Part shown: in pieces, positions 10,101 to 17,811 of the stretch | Position numbering within the stretch: the first letter of the stretch is position 1 | Layout of the letters: each line of letters opens with the position of its first letter | Source of the DNA: Pseudomonadales bacterium | GTDB taxonomy: Bacteria > Pseudomonadota > Gammaproteobacteria > Pseudomonadales > UBA5518 | Assembly: GCA_022072145.1 (NCBI GenBank) | Contig: JAJVIG010000002.1 | Span: forward strand, 7,517-71,516 | Reading direction: 5' to 3' | Length of the DNA: 64,000 nt | Notes under the pieces: model-generated | Told to the model about the DNA's origin: nothing | The model's input: the letters and a program-made list of their open reading frames with translations, nothing else | Database searches by the model: none | Made by a program: the position numbers and the translations under genes

Positions 10101-10939
10101 GCCAGCGTCGCGAGCTCGATCAGCCGCGGCAGCAGTTCGGCGCGCAGCCGCTCGATCTGTGCCAGCTCCAGGCGCGGATGCAGCGCCGAGAGCTTGACCG
10201 AGACGCCCGGCGCCGCGCGCGTGTCGGTGCACTGGTGGCTGCGCCCCACGGCCTCGATCGCCGCGTGGTACGCGAGGAAGTACCGGTGTGCATCGGCGGC
10301 GCAGCGCGCACCCTCGCCGAGCATGTCGTAGGAGTGGCGGTAGCCGCGGGCGCGCCACTCGGCGGATTTCTGCAGCGCAGCGGCGATATCGGTGGCCAGC
10401 ACGAACTGCGCGCCCAGGATCCGCATCGCGAGCCGCATCGCGGTGCGGATCGCCGGCTCGCCGACCCGCGCCAGCGTCTGGCGGAGCAGCGTCCACGCCG
10501 ATTCGTCGTCGCTCTCGCGCAGCCGCACCAGCTTGCCGGTCAGCAGCAGTCCCCACGCCGAGGCGTTCACGAACAGCGGCTCGGCGCCGTCGAGCACGCC
10601 GCGCCAGTCGCCGCTCGCCAGGCGATCGGCGATCAGGCGGTCCGCCGTGGTGGCATCGGGGATGCGCAGCAGCGCCTCGGCGAGGCACATCAGCACCACG
10701 CCTTCGCGGCTGGACAGTGAATAGGTGTTCAGCAGCGACTCCACGCCGCTGCGGTAGCGGAGTCGTTCGCGGATCGCCTCGACCAGCGACGTGGCCTCGG
10801 CCGCGATCGTCTCGCCGTCGCCTGGCGCGGCGTCCGCCTCGGCGAGCAAAGCCGCCACCCGCGTGTGTTCGTCGGCGTGCGCCAGCGTGCGGATCGCGCG
10901 GCGCAGCGGATCGTCGGCGAGTTCGGGCAGGTTGCTCAT
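7148..10939 (-). CDS. putA: Bifunctional proline dehydrogenase / L-glutamate gamma-semialdehyde dehydrogenase PutA
   Basis: The 1263-aa protein has a PRODH barrel region, an ALDH domain with ETGGQNA and catalytic FGSAGQRCSA, and a C-terminal ALDH-like domain. I chose the start at MSNLPELADDP (ATG 10939). Confidence 0.92.
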   Translation of the reverse strand: MSNLPELADDPLRRAIRTLAHADEHTRVAALLAEADAAPGDGETIAAEATSLVEAIRERLRYRSGVESLLNTYSLSSREGVVLMCLAEALLRIPDATTADRLIADRLASGDWRGVLDGAEPLFVNASAWGLLLTGKLVRLRESDDESAWTLLRQTLARVGEPAIRTAMRLAMRILGAQFVLATDIAAALQKSAEWRARGYRHSYDMLGEGARCAADAHRYFLAYHAAIEAVGRSHQCTDTRAAPGVSVKLSALHPRLELAQIERLRAELLPRLIELATLAASHGIGLTVDAEESYRLDIALELFAAAFEDPRLAGRDGFGIAVQAYQKSAPAVIDWLDELARRHHRRLPVRLVKGAYWDTEIRHAQLEGLATYPVFTRKASTDVCYLVCAARLLARRERLFPQFATHNAHTAAAVLALAGDPVGFEFQRLHGMGEELYEELLERRGAGVPCRIYAPVGEHAELLAYLVRRLLENGANSSFVHNLADDSLGSAALAADPRTRLRGLSDHANRAIPPPPGLYGARRRNSRGIDLRALDPLADFVRALDTCRASAARLGNAAGPGRIAVRNPADRRDLLGHYAPASPQGIEAAAQAAHAAASRWAATTAAERAACLRRAADLLEQALAELAGFCVREAGRTLHDAVADVREAIDFCRYYAADAEELFARHGTGLAARGPLLCISPWNFPVAIFTGQVAAALVCGNPVIAKPAEQTTLVALRVSELFHAAGVPPEVLQVLAGPGAPIGERLLPDPRIAGVLFTGSTEVARDIATALARRGGARALLVAETGGQNAMIVDSSALLEQVVDDVIASAFGSAGQRCSALRVLYVQREVADRLIHMLAGAMNELRIGDPAQCGTDIGPLIDERARERLREHVRRLEATGRRLHACALSAECDEGSFFPPQVFGIASIAELPREVFGPVLHLIRCNADEIDALPAHIGESGYGLTFGIHSRIQSRIARLAREIEAGNVYVNRSMIGAVVGVQPFGGRGLSGTGPKAGGPHYLGRLLRPASMAAPAWRALPAADTKAPAPAFECRPLVETLRAAWRDWRRREPSGRLRPGYQLQRLVTSDPYREHEAREALALAIRQLLDAAANTLVPRRLAGATGETCTLYAEGRGVLVCAARAGAAEADLLLPALAALLAGNAVLLLVDEAVRTVATGVRNLLGEAGFPDALGACHVVSDPRHIVGIVARTDIDGVACHRDPALSQRLEQALALRTGPLLALIDEDCGPLYIERFVHEKTVAVNDTATGGNAALLSQKEAD

Positions 10940-11010
10940 GGCGGTGGCCCCCCGGCTTTGTCGGCTGCAGTATGCCAAATCGGAGGCGTCGCCGCGTCGG
11001 CCGCCCGCAT

Positions 11011-11033
11011 GTCCGCGCACAGCCCGGACCTAC
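11011..11033. repeat. Single type A REP unit (GTCCGCGCACAGCCCGGACCTAC; one stem mismatch)
   Basis: It matches the A consensus GTCCGGGC-ACA-GCCCGGAC-CTAC. The CTA at 11030-11032 is the complement of the argS TAG stop codon. Confidence 0.8.
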
Positions 11034-12772
11034 ATGCGGTCGGGGGTTTCGATGCCGAGCAGGTCGAGGCCGGTGGCGAGCGTGCGGGCGGTCAGGTCGG
11101 CAAGGCGCAGCCGCGAGGCGCGCGTGGCCGCGTCGACGTCCTCGCGCAGGATCGGGCAGCTCTCGTAGAAACGCATGAACAGCCCGGCCAGTTCGTACAG
11201 ATAGAGGCACAGCAGGTGCGGCGCGGCGTCGTGCGTCACCGCGCGCAGCGACTCGCCGAACTGCAGCAGTCGCAGCGCCAGCGCGCGCTCTTCGGTCGCG
11301 CCGATCCGCAGCGGCGCATCCAGCGTGCGCGGATCGATGCCGGCCCGGCGGAAGATGCTGCGCACGCGCGTGCACGCGTACTGCAGGTACGGCGCGGTAT
11401 TGCCCTCGAAACTCAGCATGTGTTCCCAGGCGAATACGTAGTCGCTGGTGCGGCTCTTCGACAGGTCGGCGTACTTGACCGCACCGATGCCGACCTGGCG
11501 CGCGACGGTGAGGCGTTCCTCCGCCGTGAGGTCGGCTTCGCGCTCGGCGAGCAGGCGCGCCGCGCGCTCCACCGCCTCGTCCAGCAGTTCGGCGAGCTTG
11601 ACCGTGCCGCCGGAGCGCGTCTTGAACGGGCGGCCGTCCTCGCCGAGCATCTTGCCGAAGGGATGGTGCTCGAGCGACACCGCCTCGGGAACGAAGCCGG
11701 CGCGGCGCGCGATCGCGAACACCTGCTGCATGTGCAGCTTCTGGCGGTCGTCGATGAAATACAGGATGCGGTCGGCGTGCAGTTCGCGGACGCGGTAGCG
11801 CGCCGCCGCGAGGTCGGTGGTCGCGTACAGGTAGCCGCCGTCGGCCTTCTGCACGATCACCGCCATCGGCTTGCCCTCGCGGTCCTGGAGTTCGTCGAGG
11901 TAGACCACGCGCGCGCCTTCGCTGACCGCCAGCAGGCCGCATGCATCCAGGTCCGCGATCACCCGTGGCAGCTCGTCGTTGTAGGCGCTCTCGGCGCGGA
12001 TGTCGGCGTGCGCCAGCGAGACGTTGAGCTTGCGGTAGATCTCCTCGCTGTGCGCGATCGAGATGTCGATGAAGCGCTGCCACAGCGCGCGGCAGTGCGG
12101 ATCCCCGGACTGCAGGCGCACCACGTACTCGCGCGCGCGCCCGGCGAACGCCGGGTCGCTGTCGAAGGCGAGCTTGGCGTCGCGGTAGAACGCCTCGAGG
12201 TCGGCGAGCGCCGCGCCGTCGATGCCGCCGCCAGAGGCCGCGATCCGCTCGAGGTGCGCGATCAGCATGCCGAACTGCGTGCCCCAGTCCCCCACGTGAT
12301 TCTGGCGGATCACCCGCTCGCCGCAGAACTCGAGCGCGCGCACCACGGCGTCGCCGATGATCGTGCTGCGCAGGTGTCCGACGTGCATTTCCTTGGCGAG
12401 GTTCGGCGAGGAATAGTCCACCACCACGGTCTGCGGGATGGCCTGTGTCGCGATGCCGAGCCGCGCATCGGTGGCGGCGGCGTCTGCGCGTTCAGCCAGG
12501 AATGCGTCGGCGAGATGGATGTTGATGAAGCCGGGGCCGGCGACCTCCAGCCGCTCGACCATCGCGCCGCCGTCGAAGGCCGCGACGATGCGCGCGGCCA
12601 GTTCGCGCGGATTCGTGCGCATGCGCCTGGCGGCCGCCATCGCTCCGTTGGCCTGGTAGTCGCCGAACTCGGGACGTGTGCCCGGGGTGAGCAGCGCCTG
12701 GCAGTCCGAGGGGATGCCGACGGCGCGCATCGCGGATTCGACGGCGCAGTTGAGTTGGTCGCGTAGATTCAT
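11030..12772 (-). CDS. argS: Arginine--tRNA ligase
   Basis: The 580-aa protein starts MNLRDQL..., carries the HIGH-type motif [12 protein letters not shown] and ends ...GIETPDRM, the typical ArgS C-terminus. The upstream part of the 696-aa ORF is an unsupported extension. Confidence 0.93.
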   Translation of the reverse strand: MNLRDQLNCAVESAMRAVGIPSDCQALLTPGTRPEFGDYQANGAMAAARRMRTNPRELAARIVAAFDGGAMVERLEVAGPGFINIHLADAFLAERADAAATDARLGIATQAIPQTVVVDYSSPNLAKEMHVGHLRSTIIGDAVVRALEFCGERVIRQNHVGDWGTQFGMLIAHLERIAASGGGIDGAALADLEAFYRDAKLAFDSDPAFAGRAREYVVRLQSGDPHCRALWQRFIDISIAHSEEIYRKLNVSLAHADIRAESAYNDELPRVIADLDACGLLAVSEGARVVYLDELQDREGKPMAVIVQKADGGYLYATTDLAAARYRVRELHADRILYFIDDRQKLHMQQVFAIARRAGFVPEAVSLEHHPFGKMLGEDGRPFKTRSGGTVKLAELLDEAVERAARLLAEREADLTAEERLTVARQVGIGAVKYADLSKSRTSDYVFAWEHMLSFEGNTAPYLQYACTRVRSIFRRAGIDPRTLDAPLRIGATEERALALRLLQFGESLRAVTHDAAPHLLCLYLYELAGLFMRFYESCPILREDVDAATRASRLRLADLTARTLATGLDLLGIETPDRM

Positions 12773-12780
12773 GGGGCCGA

Positions 12781-14454
12781 TCACCCGGGCGCGGCGAAAG
12801 CGCGCGATTGTAGCGGCGCCGGGCCGGGCCGTCCAAGCGCGCCCAACCGTTCGGCCACTGGCGCGTCGGCGGCGATGGTGCGCTGCTCGTCGAGTATCTG
12901 CGCCAGGATCGCGAGATCGGTCAGCGGGTTCGCGAGCACCACCCGGAACACGTCGATCGCCTGTCCGTGGTGTCGCGGCGAGCGCAGCGTGGTGCGCGAG
13001 ACGAAGGATCGGCCGGCCTCGCGCTGCAGGCGCTGGATGTCGCGCGTGACCGCGTTCAGTTCCTCGTTCAGCGCCGCGGCCGCGTCGGCATCGGCATTGG
13101 CCAGCGCGCCCTGCAGCCACGCGGGTGCATAGCGGTAGGTGAAGATGTTCAGTTCCGGCTCGCTGGTCAGTTCGAAATCGGGCGCGGCGCGCACCAGGTC
13201 AGCGAAGCGGCGCGCGAGTTCGATGCCGGCGTCGATCAGCAACTCGTAGCCGCGGCGGCCGAGGATCGCGAGCCCGGAGTGCACCAGCATCGCCATGCCG
13301 GGGCGCGAACCCTCGAGCGTCTTGCTGCCCAGATCGCGTGAACCCTCGCGGATGATGTAGCGCGCGTGGTGCTCGATCGCGCGCGCCGAGGCGGGGTCGC
13401 GGAACAGCGTCATCCCCGCGCCCATCGGCACGTAGAGCTGCTTGTGCGCATCCAGCGTGACCGAGTCGGCGCGCTCGATGCCGGCGAGCAGGTGGCGCCA
13501 GCGGGCGGAAAACAGCGTGGGACCGCCCCAGGCGGCATCGACGTGGAAGTGTATGCCGAGTTCGGTCGCGAGGTCCGCCAGCCCGTGCAGCGGGTCCACC
13601 GAGCCGGTCTCGGTGCTGCCGGCCAGCCCGACCAGCGCCACGATCTTCACGCCGCGTGCCTGCAGGTCCCGGCAGCAGCGCGCTGCCGCGGCGAGATCGA
13701 TGCGGTTGTTGCCGTCGACCTCGACCGTGTGCACGGAGTTCAGTCCCATGCCGAGCAGGTCCGCCGCCTTGCCGAGCGAGTAGTGCCCGAGGCGCGAGAC
13801 GACGACCGCCACGTCCGTGAAGCCGTGGTGCACCAGCGCGCGGTGCAGACCGTCGCGGCCCACGCCCCCGAAATCGCCGTCGGGCGGCAGCGCGTTGTTG
13901 CGTGCCACCCACAACGCCGTGATGTTCGCCACCGTGCCGCCGGAGCAGAACGTGCCCAGCGCGTGTCGAGGATCCTGCACGTGGCGCGCGTAGAACGTGT
14001 CGTCGCGCGCGAACACCAGCCGGTGCAGCATGCCGAGCACCTGGCGCTCCAGCGGCGTGAAGGCCTTGGAGGTCTCGGTCTTCACCGTGTTCTGGTTCAG
14101 CGCGATCATCATCTTCGCCAGCGGCAGCATGAAGTACGGCAGCGCCGAGGTCATGTGGCCGACGAAGGTCGGCGAGGCCGTATGCACCGATTCCGCCACG
14201 ACCTTGCTGAGCAGGAACTCGGCCTGCCCGGAGACGAACACGGGGTCCTCGGGGACGCGCGTGTCGCTGAAGTCGCTCTCGATATCGCTCATGCTGCGCC
14301 GCGTGGCGACGATGTGCTCGCGCAGGAAGCCGTGCAGGTTGCGCGAAATCTCCGCTTCCAGACGCGACAGCGTCGAGTCCGGCGCCTCCGGTACGGTGAA
14401 GATGCGGTGCAGCGTCGCGAGCGACGCCTCGGCGGTCTTGTGTGATTCGCTCAT
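12781..14454 (-). CDS. Group II pyridoxal-phosphate-dependent decarboxylase (PanP-like aspartate 1-decarboxylase / glutamate decarboxylase family)
   Basis: The 557-aa protein has the PLP-lysine motif [16 protein letters not shown] and the conserved block [29 protein letters not shown]. The substrate cannot be assigned from sequence alone. Confidence 0.82.
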   Translation of the reverse strand: MSESHKTAEASLATLHRIFTVPEAPDSTLSRLEAEISRNLHGFLREHIVATRRSMSDIESDFSDTRVPEDPVFVSGQAEFLLSKVVAESVHTASPTFVGHMTSALPYFMLPLAKMMIALNQNTVKTETSKAFTPLERQVLGMLHRLVFARDDTFYARHVQDPRHALGTFCSGGTVANITALWVARNNALPPDGDFGGVGRDGLHRALVHHGFTDVAVVVSRLGHYSLGKAADLLGMGLNSVHTVEVDGNNRIDLAAAARCCRDLQARGVKIVALVGLAGSTETGSVDPLHGLADLATELGIHFHVDAAWGGPTLFSARWRHLLAGIERADSVTLDAHKQLYVPMGAGMTLFRDPASARAIEHHARYIIREGSRDLGSKTLEGSRPGMAMLVHSGLAILGRRGYELLIDAGIELARRFADLVRAAPDFELTSEPELNIFTYRYAPAWLQGALANADADAAAALNEELNAVTRDIQRLQREAGRSFVSRTTLRSPRHHGQAIDVFRVVLANPLTDLAILAQILDEQRTIAADAPVAERLGALGRPGPAPLQSRAFAAPG

Positions 14455-14622
14455 CCTGGGTCCGGTCGGTGCTGCGCCTGCGACCGGCGCTATGCTAGAG
14501 AGTGCGCGACGGATTGTCAGCGAGGATCGGCAGGGCGCATATCCTAAGATCGATTAATCATTGTTACGCGAATCCTTATTCCTTCTAGAATGCACGGCGG
14601 TCCGTTCGGGGGAGGGGCTACG

Positions 14623-16398
14623 ATGGAATGGCAGGGGTGGTTCACGGTCGCGCTCACCGTGGCCGTGCTGACAACGCTGATCACCGTGCCGCGGCTCAGC
14701 ACCGACGTGGTGTTGATGGGCGCGCTGCTGGTGCTCGGCATGACCGGAATCCTCACGCCCGAGCAGACGCTGGCCGGCTTCGCGAACACCGGTCTGATTA
14801 CGGTGGCGGGGATGTTCATCGTGGCGGCGGCGATCCGCGCCTCGGGCGGCGTCGACATGATCGTCGAGTCTGTGCTCGGGCGCCCCGGAGGCCCGCATCG
14901 CGCGCTGGTGCGCCTGATGCTGCCGGTCGCAGGCTTGTCGGCATTCCTGAACAACACGCCGGTGGTCGCGACGATGATCCCGGCCGTGAGCCAGTGGGCA
15001 CGCCGCATCCGCGTGCCGAGTTCGACGCTGATGATCCCGCTCAGTTACGCCTCGATCCTCGGCGGCACCATCACGCTGATCGGCACCAGCACGAACCTGG
15101 TCGTGAACGGGCAGTACCAGGCGCTGACCGGCAAGCCCGGTTTCGCCCTGTTCGAGATCGCACCGCTGGGTCTGGTGGTGGCGGCGGCCGGGACGCTCTT
15201 CGTGGTGTTGGCTGCACCGCGGCTGTTGCGGGCGCGCCGCACACCGGACGAAACCTTCGCCGACACGCGCAAGTTCACCTTCGAGGTCGCGGTCGCTCGC
15301 GACGGTCCGATGGTGGGCCGTACGATCCAGCAGGCCGGACTGCGTCACCTCGAGCGCATCTACCTCGCCGAGATCGAGCGCGACGGCGGCGTGATCACCG
15401 CGGTCGCGCCCGAGGAGATCCTGCGCGGCGGGGACCGTCTGGTGTTCGTCGGCGAGACCGAGGCGATCGTCGACGTGCTGCGGATCAATGGGCTGGTGCC
15501 CGCGGTGGGCAGCAAACCAGCGCTCGAGCGCAACGTGCCGGAACGCCGGCTGGTCGAGGCGGTGGTGGCAGAGCACTGCGAGGTCGTGGGGCACACGATC
15601 CGCGACGGCCGCTTCCGTGATCGCTACGGTGCCGTGGTGCTCGCGGTCGCGCGCAACGGCGAGCACATACGCGGGCGGCTGAGTTCGATCATCCTCGAAC
15701 CCGGTGACCTGCTGCTGCTCGAGGCGCGACCGGCGGTGGTCGGGCGGCTCAAGCAGTCGCGCGACTTCCTTCTGATGAACGTTCTCGAGCATGAATTGCC
15801 GGACCACTCGCGCGCCTGGACTTCGTGGGCGATCCTGGCCGGCATCGTGGTGCTGGCGACCACCGGTGTGCTGAACATGCTCTACGCGTCGCTGCTCGGG
15901 GTGGCGGCGATGATCGCCACCGGCTGCATCAGCGTGACCGACGCGCGGCGCAGCCTCGACCTGCCGGTGCTGGTCACGATCGCCGCGAGTTTCGCGCTCG
16001 GCAATGCGCTCGAGAAGACCGGGGCGGCCAGCTTCCTCGGTAACGGCATCGTGGGCCTGGCCGGGACGAATCCGTGGCTGCTGCTCGCGCTGGTGTACCT
16101 CAGCGTGATGACGCTGACCGAGATGATCACCAACAACGCGGCCGCGATGCTGATGCTGCCGGTGGCGCTGGCGGTGGCCGAACGCGTCGGCGTGAACGAG
16201 GTGCCGTACGTGATGGCGGTCATGATGGCCGCGTCGGCGAGCTTCTCGACGCCGATCGGCTACCAGTGCAACCTGATGGTGTACGGGCCGGGTGGTTACC
16301 GCTTCTCGGACTTCCTGCGCATCGGCATCCCGATGAACGTGCTGGTGGCGAGCATCACCATCGCGACGATACCGCTGATCTGGCCCTTGGGCGGGTGA
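14623..16398 (+). CDS. SLC13/DASS-family permease with two central TrkA_C (RCK C-terminal) domains
   Basis: Polytopic membrane halves flank two TrkA_C-like segments (DGPMVGRTIQQAGLRH...RLVFVGETEAIVDV and HCEVVGHTIRDGRFRDRYGAVVLAVARNGE...GDLLLLEARP). ATG 14623 is preceded by GGAGGGG. Confidence 0.85.
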   Translation: MEWQGWFTVALTVAVLTTLITVPRLSTDVVLMGALLVLGMTGILTPEQTLAGFANTGLITVAGMFIVAAAIRASGGVDMIVESVLGRPGGPHRALVRLMLPVAGLSAFLNNTPVVATMIPAVSQWARRIRVPSSTLMIPLSYASILGGTITLIGTSTNLVVNGQYQALTGKPGFALFEIAPLGLVVAAAGTLFVVLAAPRLLRARRTPDETFADTRKFTFEVAVARDGPMVGRTIQQAGLRHLERIYLAEIERDGGVITAVAPEEILRGGDRLVFVGETEAIVDVLRINGLVPAVGSKPALERNVPERRLVEAVVAEHCEVVGHTIRDGRFRDRYGAVVLAVARNGEHIRGRLSSIILEPGDLLLLEARPAVVGRLKQSRDFLLMNVLEHELPDHSRAWTSWAILAGIVVLATTGVLNMLYASLLGVAAMIATGCISVTDARRSLDLPVLVTIAASFALGNALEKTGAASFLGNGIVGLAGTNPWLLLALVYLSVMTLTEMITNNAAAMLMLPVALAVAERVGVNEVPYVMAVMMAASASFSTPIGYQCNLMVYGPGGYRFSDFLRIGIPMNVLVASITIATIPLIWPLGG

Positions 16399-16423
16399 TC
16401 GCCGCCCCGTGTGGGCGCGCGCT

Positions 16424-16801
16424 TCAGTTTGCGATCACCACCCTCGTCGCTCCCCGTCCCGTCAGCCATTCGCGCACGCGCCCGGACTGTTCGCCGTGCA
16501 GAACGATCGCTTCGCCCTCGACGCCGCCGCCGGTGCCCAGCGCCTGGCGCAGCGTGCGCGCGAACTCCTCGAGCGCCGGACCCGCGAGCGCGATTCCGTG
16601 CACCACGGTCACCGTCTTGCCGCCGCGCCCCTTGCGTTCGCGCCTCACCACGATGCGCTGACCGAGCGGTGACGCCTTGTCCGCAGAAGCCGGCTCCGGT
16701 TCGGGGCCGGCCGGCAGCGCGCCGCGCAGCGCGGCCAGCGCGGCGAAGGCGCTGCCGGGCGCCGGTTGCGGCGGGTCGGGTAGCGCGGGCTTGCGTGCCA
16801 T
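16424..16801 (-). CDS. yciH: SUI1/eIF1-family translation initiation factor YciH
   Basis: The 125-aa protein contains the SUI1 core RIVVRRERKGRGGKTVTVVHGI...EFARTLRQALGTGGGVEGEAIVLHGEQ. Confidence 0.85.
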   Translation of the reverse strand: MARKPALPDPPQPAPGSAFAALAALRGALPAGPEPEPASADKASPLGQRIVVRRERKGRGGKTVTVVHGIALAGPALEEFARTLRQALGTGGGVEGEAIVLHGEQSGRVREWLTGRGATRVVIAN

Positions 16802-16913
16802 CTGTTCCTCCAGTCATGCCGGGCCAGTGTTGCGCGCCGATTGCAGCGCCCCCCCGCGTGCCCTCAGGATACGCGGTCTGCCGCCAACGTGGCCAAGCTT
16901 CGGACCTCGCCCC

Positions 16914-17801
16914 ATGCCAGTGCAAGCGTATTTCCTCTACACCGTCACCGTGCTGATCTGGGGGTCGACGTGGCTTGCGATCAAGTTCCAGCTCGGCGAG
17001 GTCGATCCGCTGGTGTCGGTGATCTACCGCTTCGGCATCGCCTCGCTGCTGCTGTTCGGCTGGTGCCTGCTGGCGCGTGCGCGGATCCGGCTGCGGCCGG
17101 CCGAGCACGCGTTCATCGCGCTGCAGGGGTTGTGCCTGTTCGGCATCAATTACTGGCTGGTGTACTGGTCCGAGGTCTACCTCACCGGTGGCGTGGTGGC
17201 GGTGGTGTTCGCGACCATGGTGTTCATGAACTTCCTCAACGCGCGGCTGTTCCTGCGCCGCTCGGTGGCACCGGTGGTGGTCGCCGGCGGGGTGGTCGGG
17301 ATGATCGGCGTCGCGCTGCTGTTCTGGCCCGAGGTGGAGAGCCTGAGTCTCGGTGACGGCGCGCTGCGCGGGCTGCTGTTCGCGCTGGCCTCGACGTACT
17401 GCGCCTCGCTGGGCACGATCGTCGCCACGCGCAACACGGTGTTCGGGCTGCCGGTGATCTCGATCAATGCCTGGGGCATGTTCTACGGCACGCTGGTGCT
17501 GTGCGTGGCCGGCCTGGTCACCGGCGTGGAGTTCCACTTCCCCGAGCGAACGTCGTACGCGGTCGCCCTGCTGTACCTGTCGGTGTTCGGTTCGATCATC
17601 GCCTTCGGTGCCTATCTGCGCCTGCTCGCGCTGATCGGCCCCGACCGTGCCGGTTACAACTCGATGATGACCCCGCTGGTGGCGCTGCTGATCTCGACGT
17701 TCTTCGAGGGCTACACGTGGACCGTGCCCGCCGCGCTGGGGCTGGTGCTGATCGTCGCCGGCAACCTGCTCGCGATGCGCCGCGCCGCCGCGCCGGCCTG
17801 A
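16914..17801 (+). CDS. EamA/DMT-family transporter
   Basis: It is a ten-helix membrane protein that starts MPVQAYFLYTVTVLIWGSTWLAIKFQL and has two EamA-type halves. The upstream 79 codons of the ORF overlap the yciH region antisense. Confidence 0.82.
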   Translation: MPVQAYFLYTVTVLIWGSTWLAIKFQLGEVDPLVSVIYRFGIASLLLFGWCLLARARIRLRPAEHAFIALQGLCLFGINYWLVYWSEVYLTGGVVAVVFATMVFMNFLNARLFLRRSVAPVVVAGGVVGMIGVALLFWPEVESLSLGDGALRGLLFALASTYCASLGTIVATRNTVFGLPVISINAWGMFYGTLVLCVAGLVTGVEFHFPERTSYAVALLYLSVFGSIIAFGAYLRLLALIGPDRAGYNSMMTPLVALLISTFFEGYTWTVPAALGLVLIVAGNLLAMRRAAAPA

Positions 17802-17811
17802 GCGCAGCGGT

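Noticed and set aside
7112-10720. A 1202-aa ORF on the plus strand. Similar very long ORFs occur at 1450-3483 (+), 17866-20670 (+), 38715-41021 (+), 44324-48253 (-), 48859-52230 (-), 55479-57452 (-), 61969-63966 (-) and many others.
   Set aside because: These are shadow ORFs antisense to genes with clear conserved motifs (putA, RTX, P-type ATPase, Kef, TBDR/puuA, amidohydrolase/OPT, kinases). Their translations are Arg/Ala/Gly/Pro-rich low-complexity strings with no recognisable motifs. That is the expected artefact of stop-codon scarcity in a high-GC genome.
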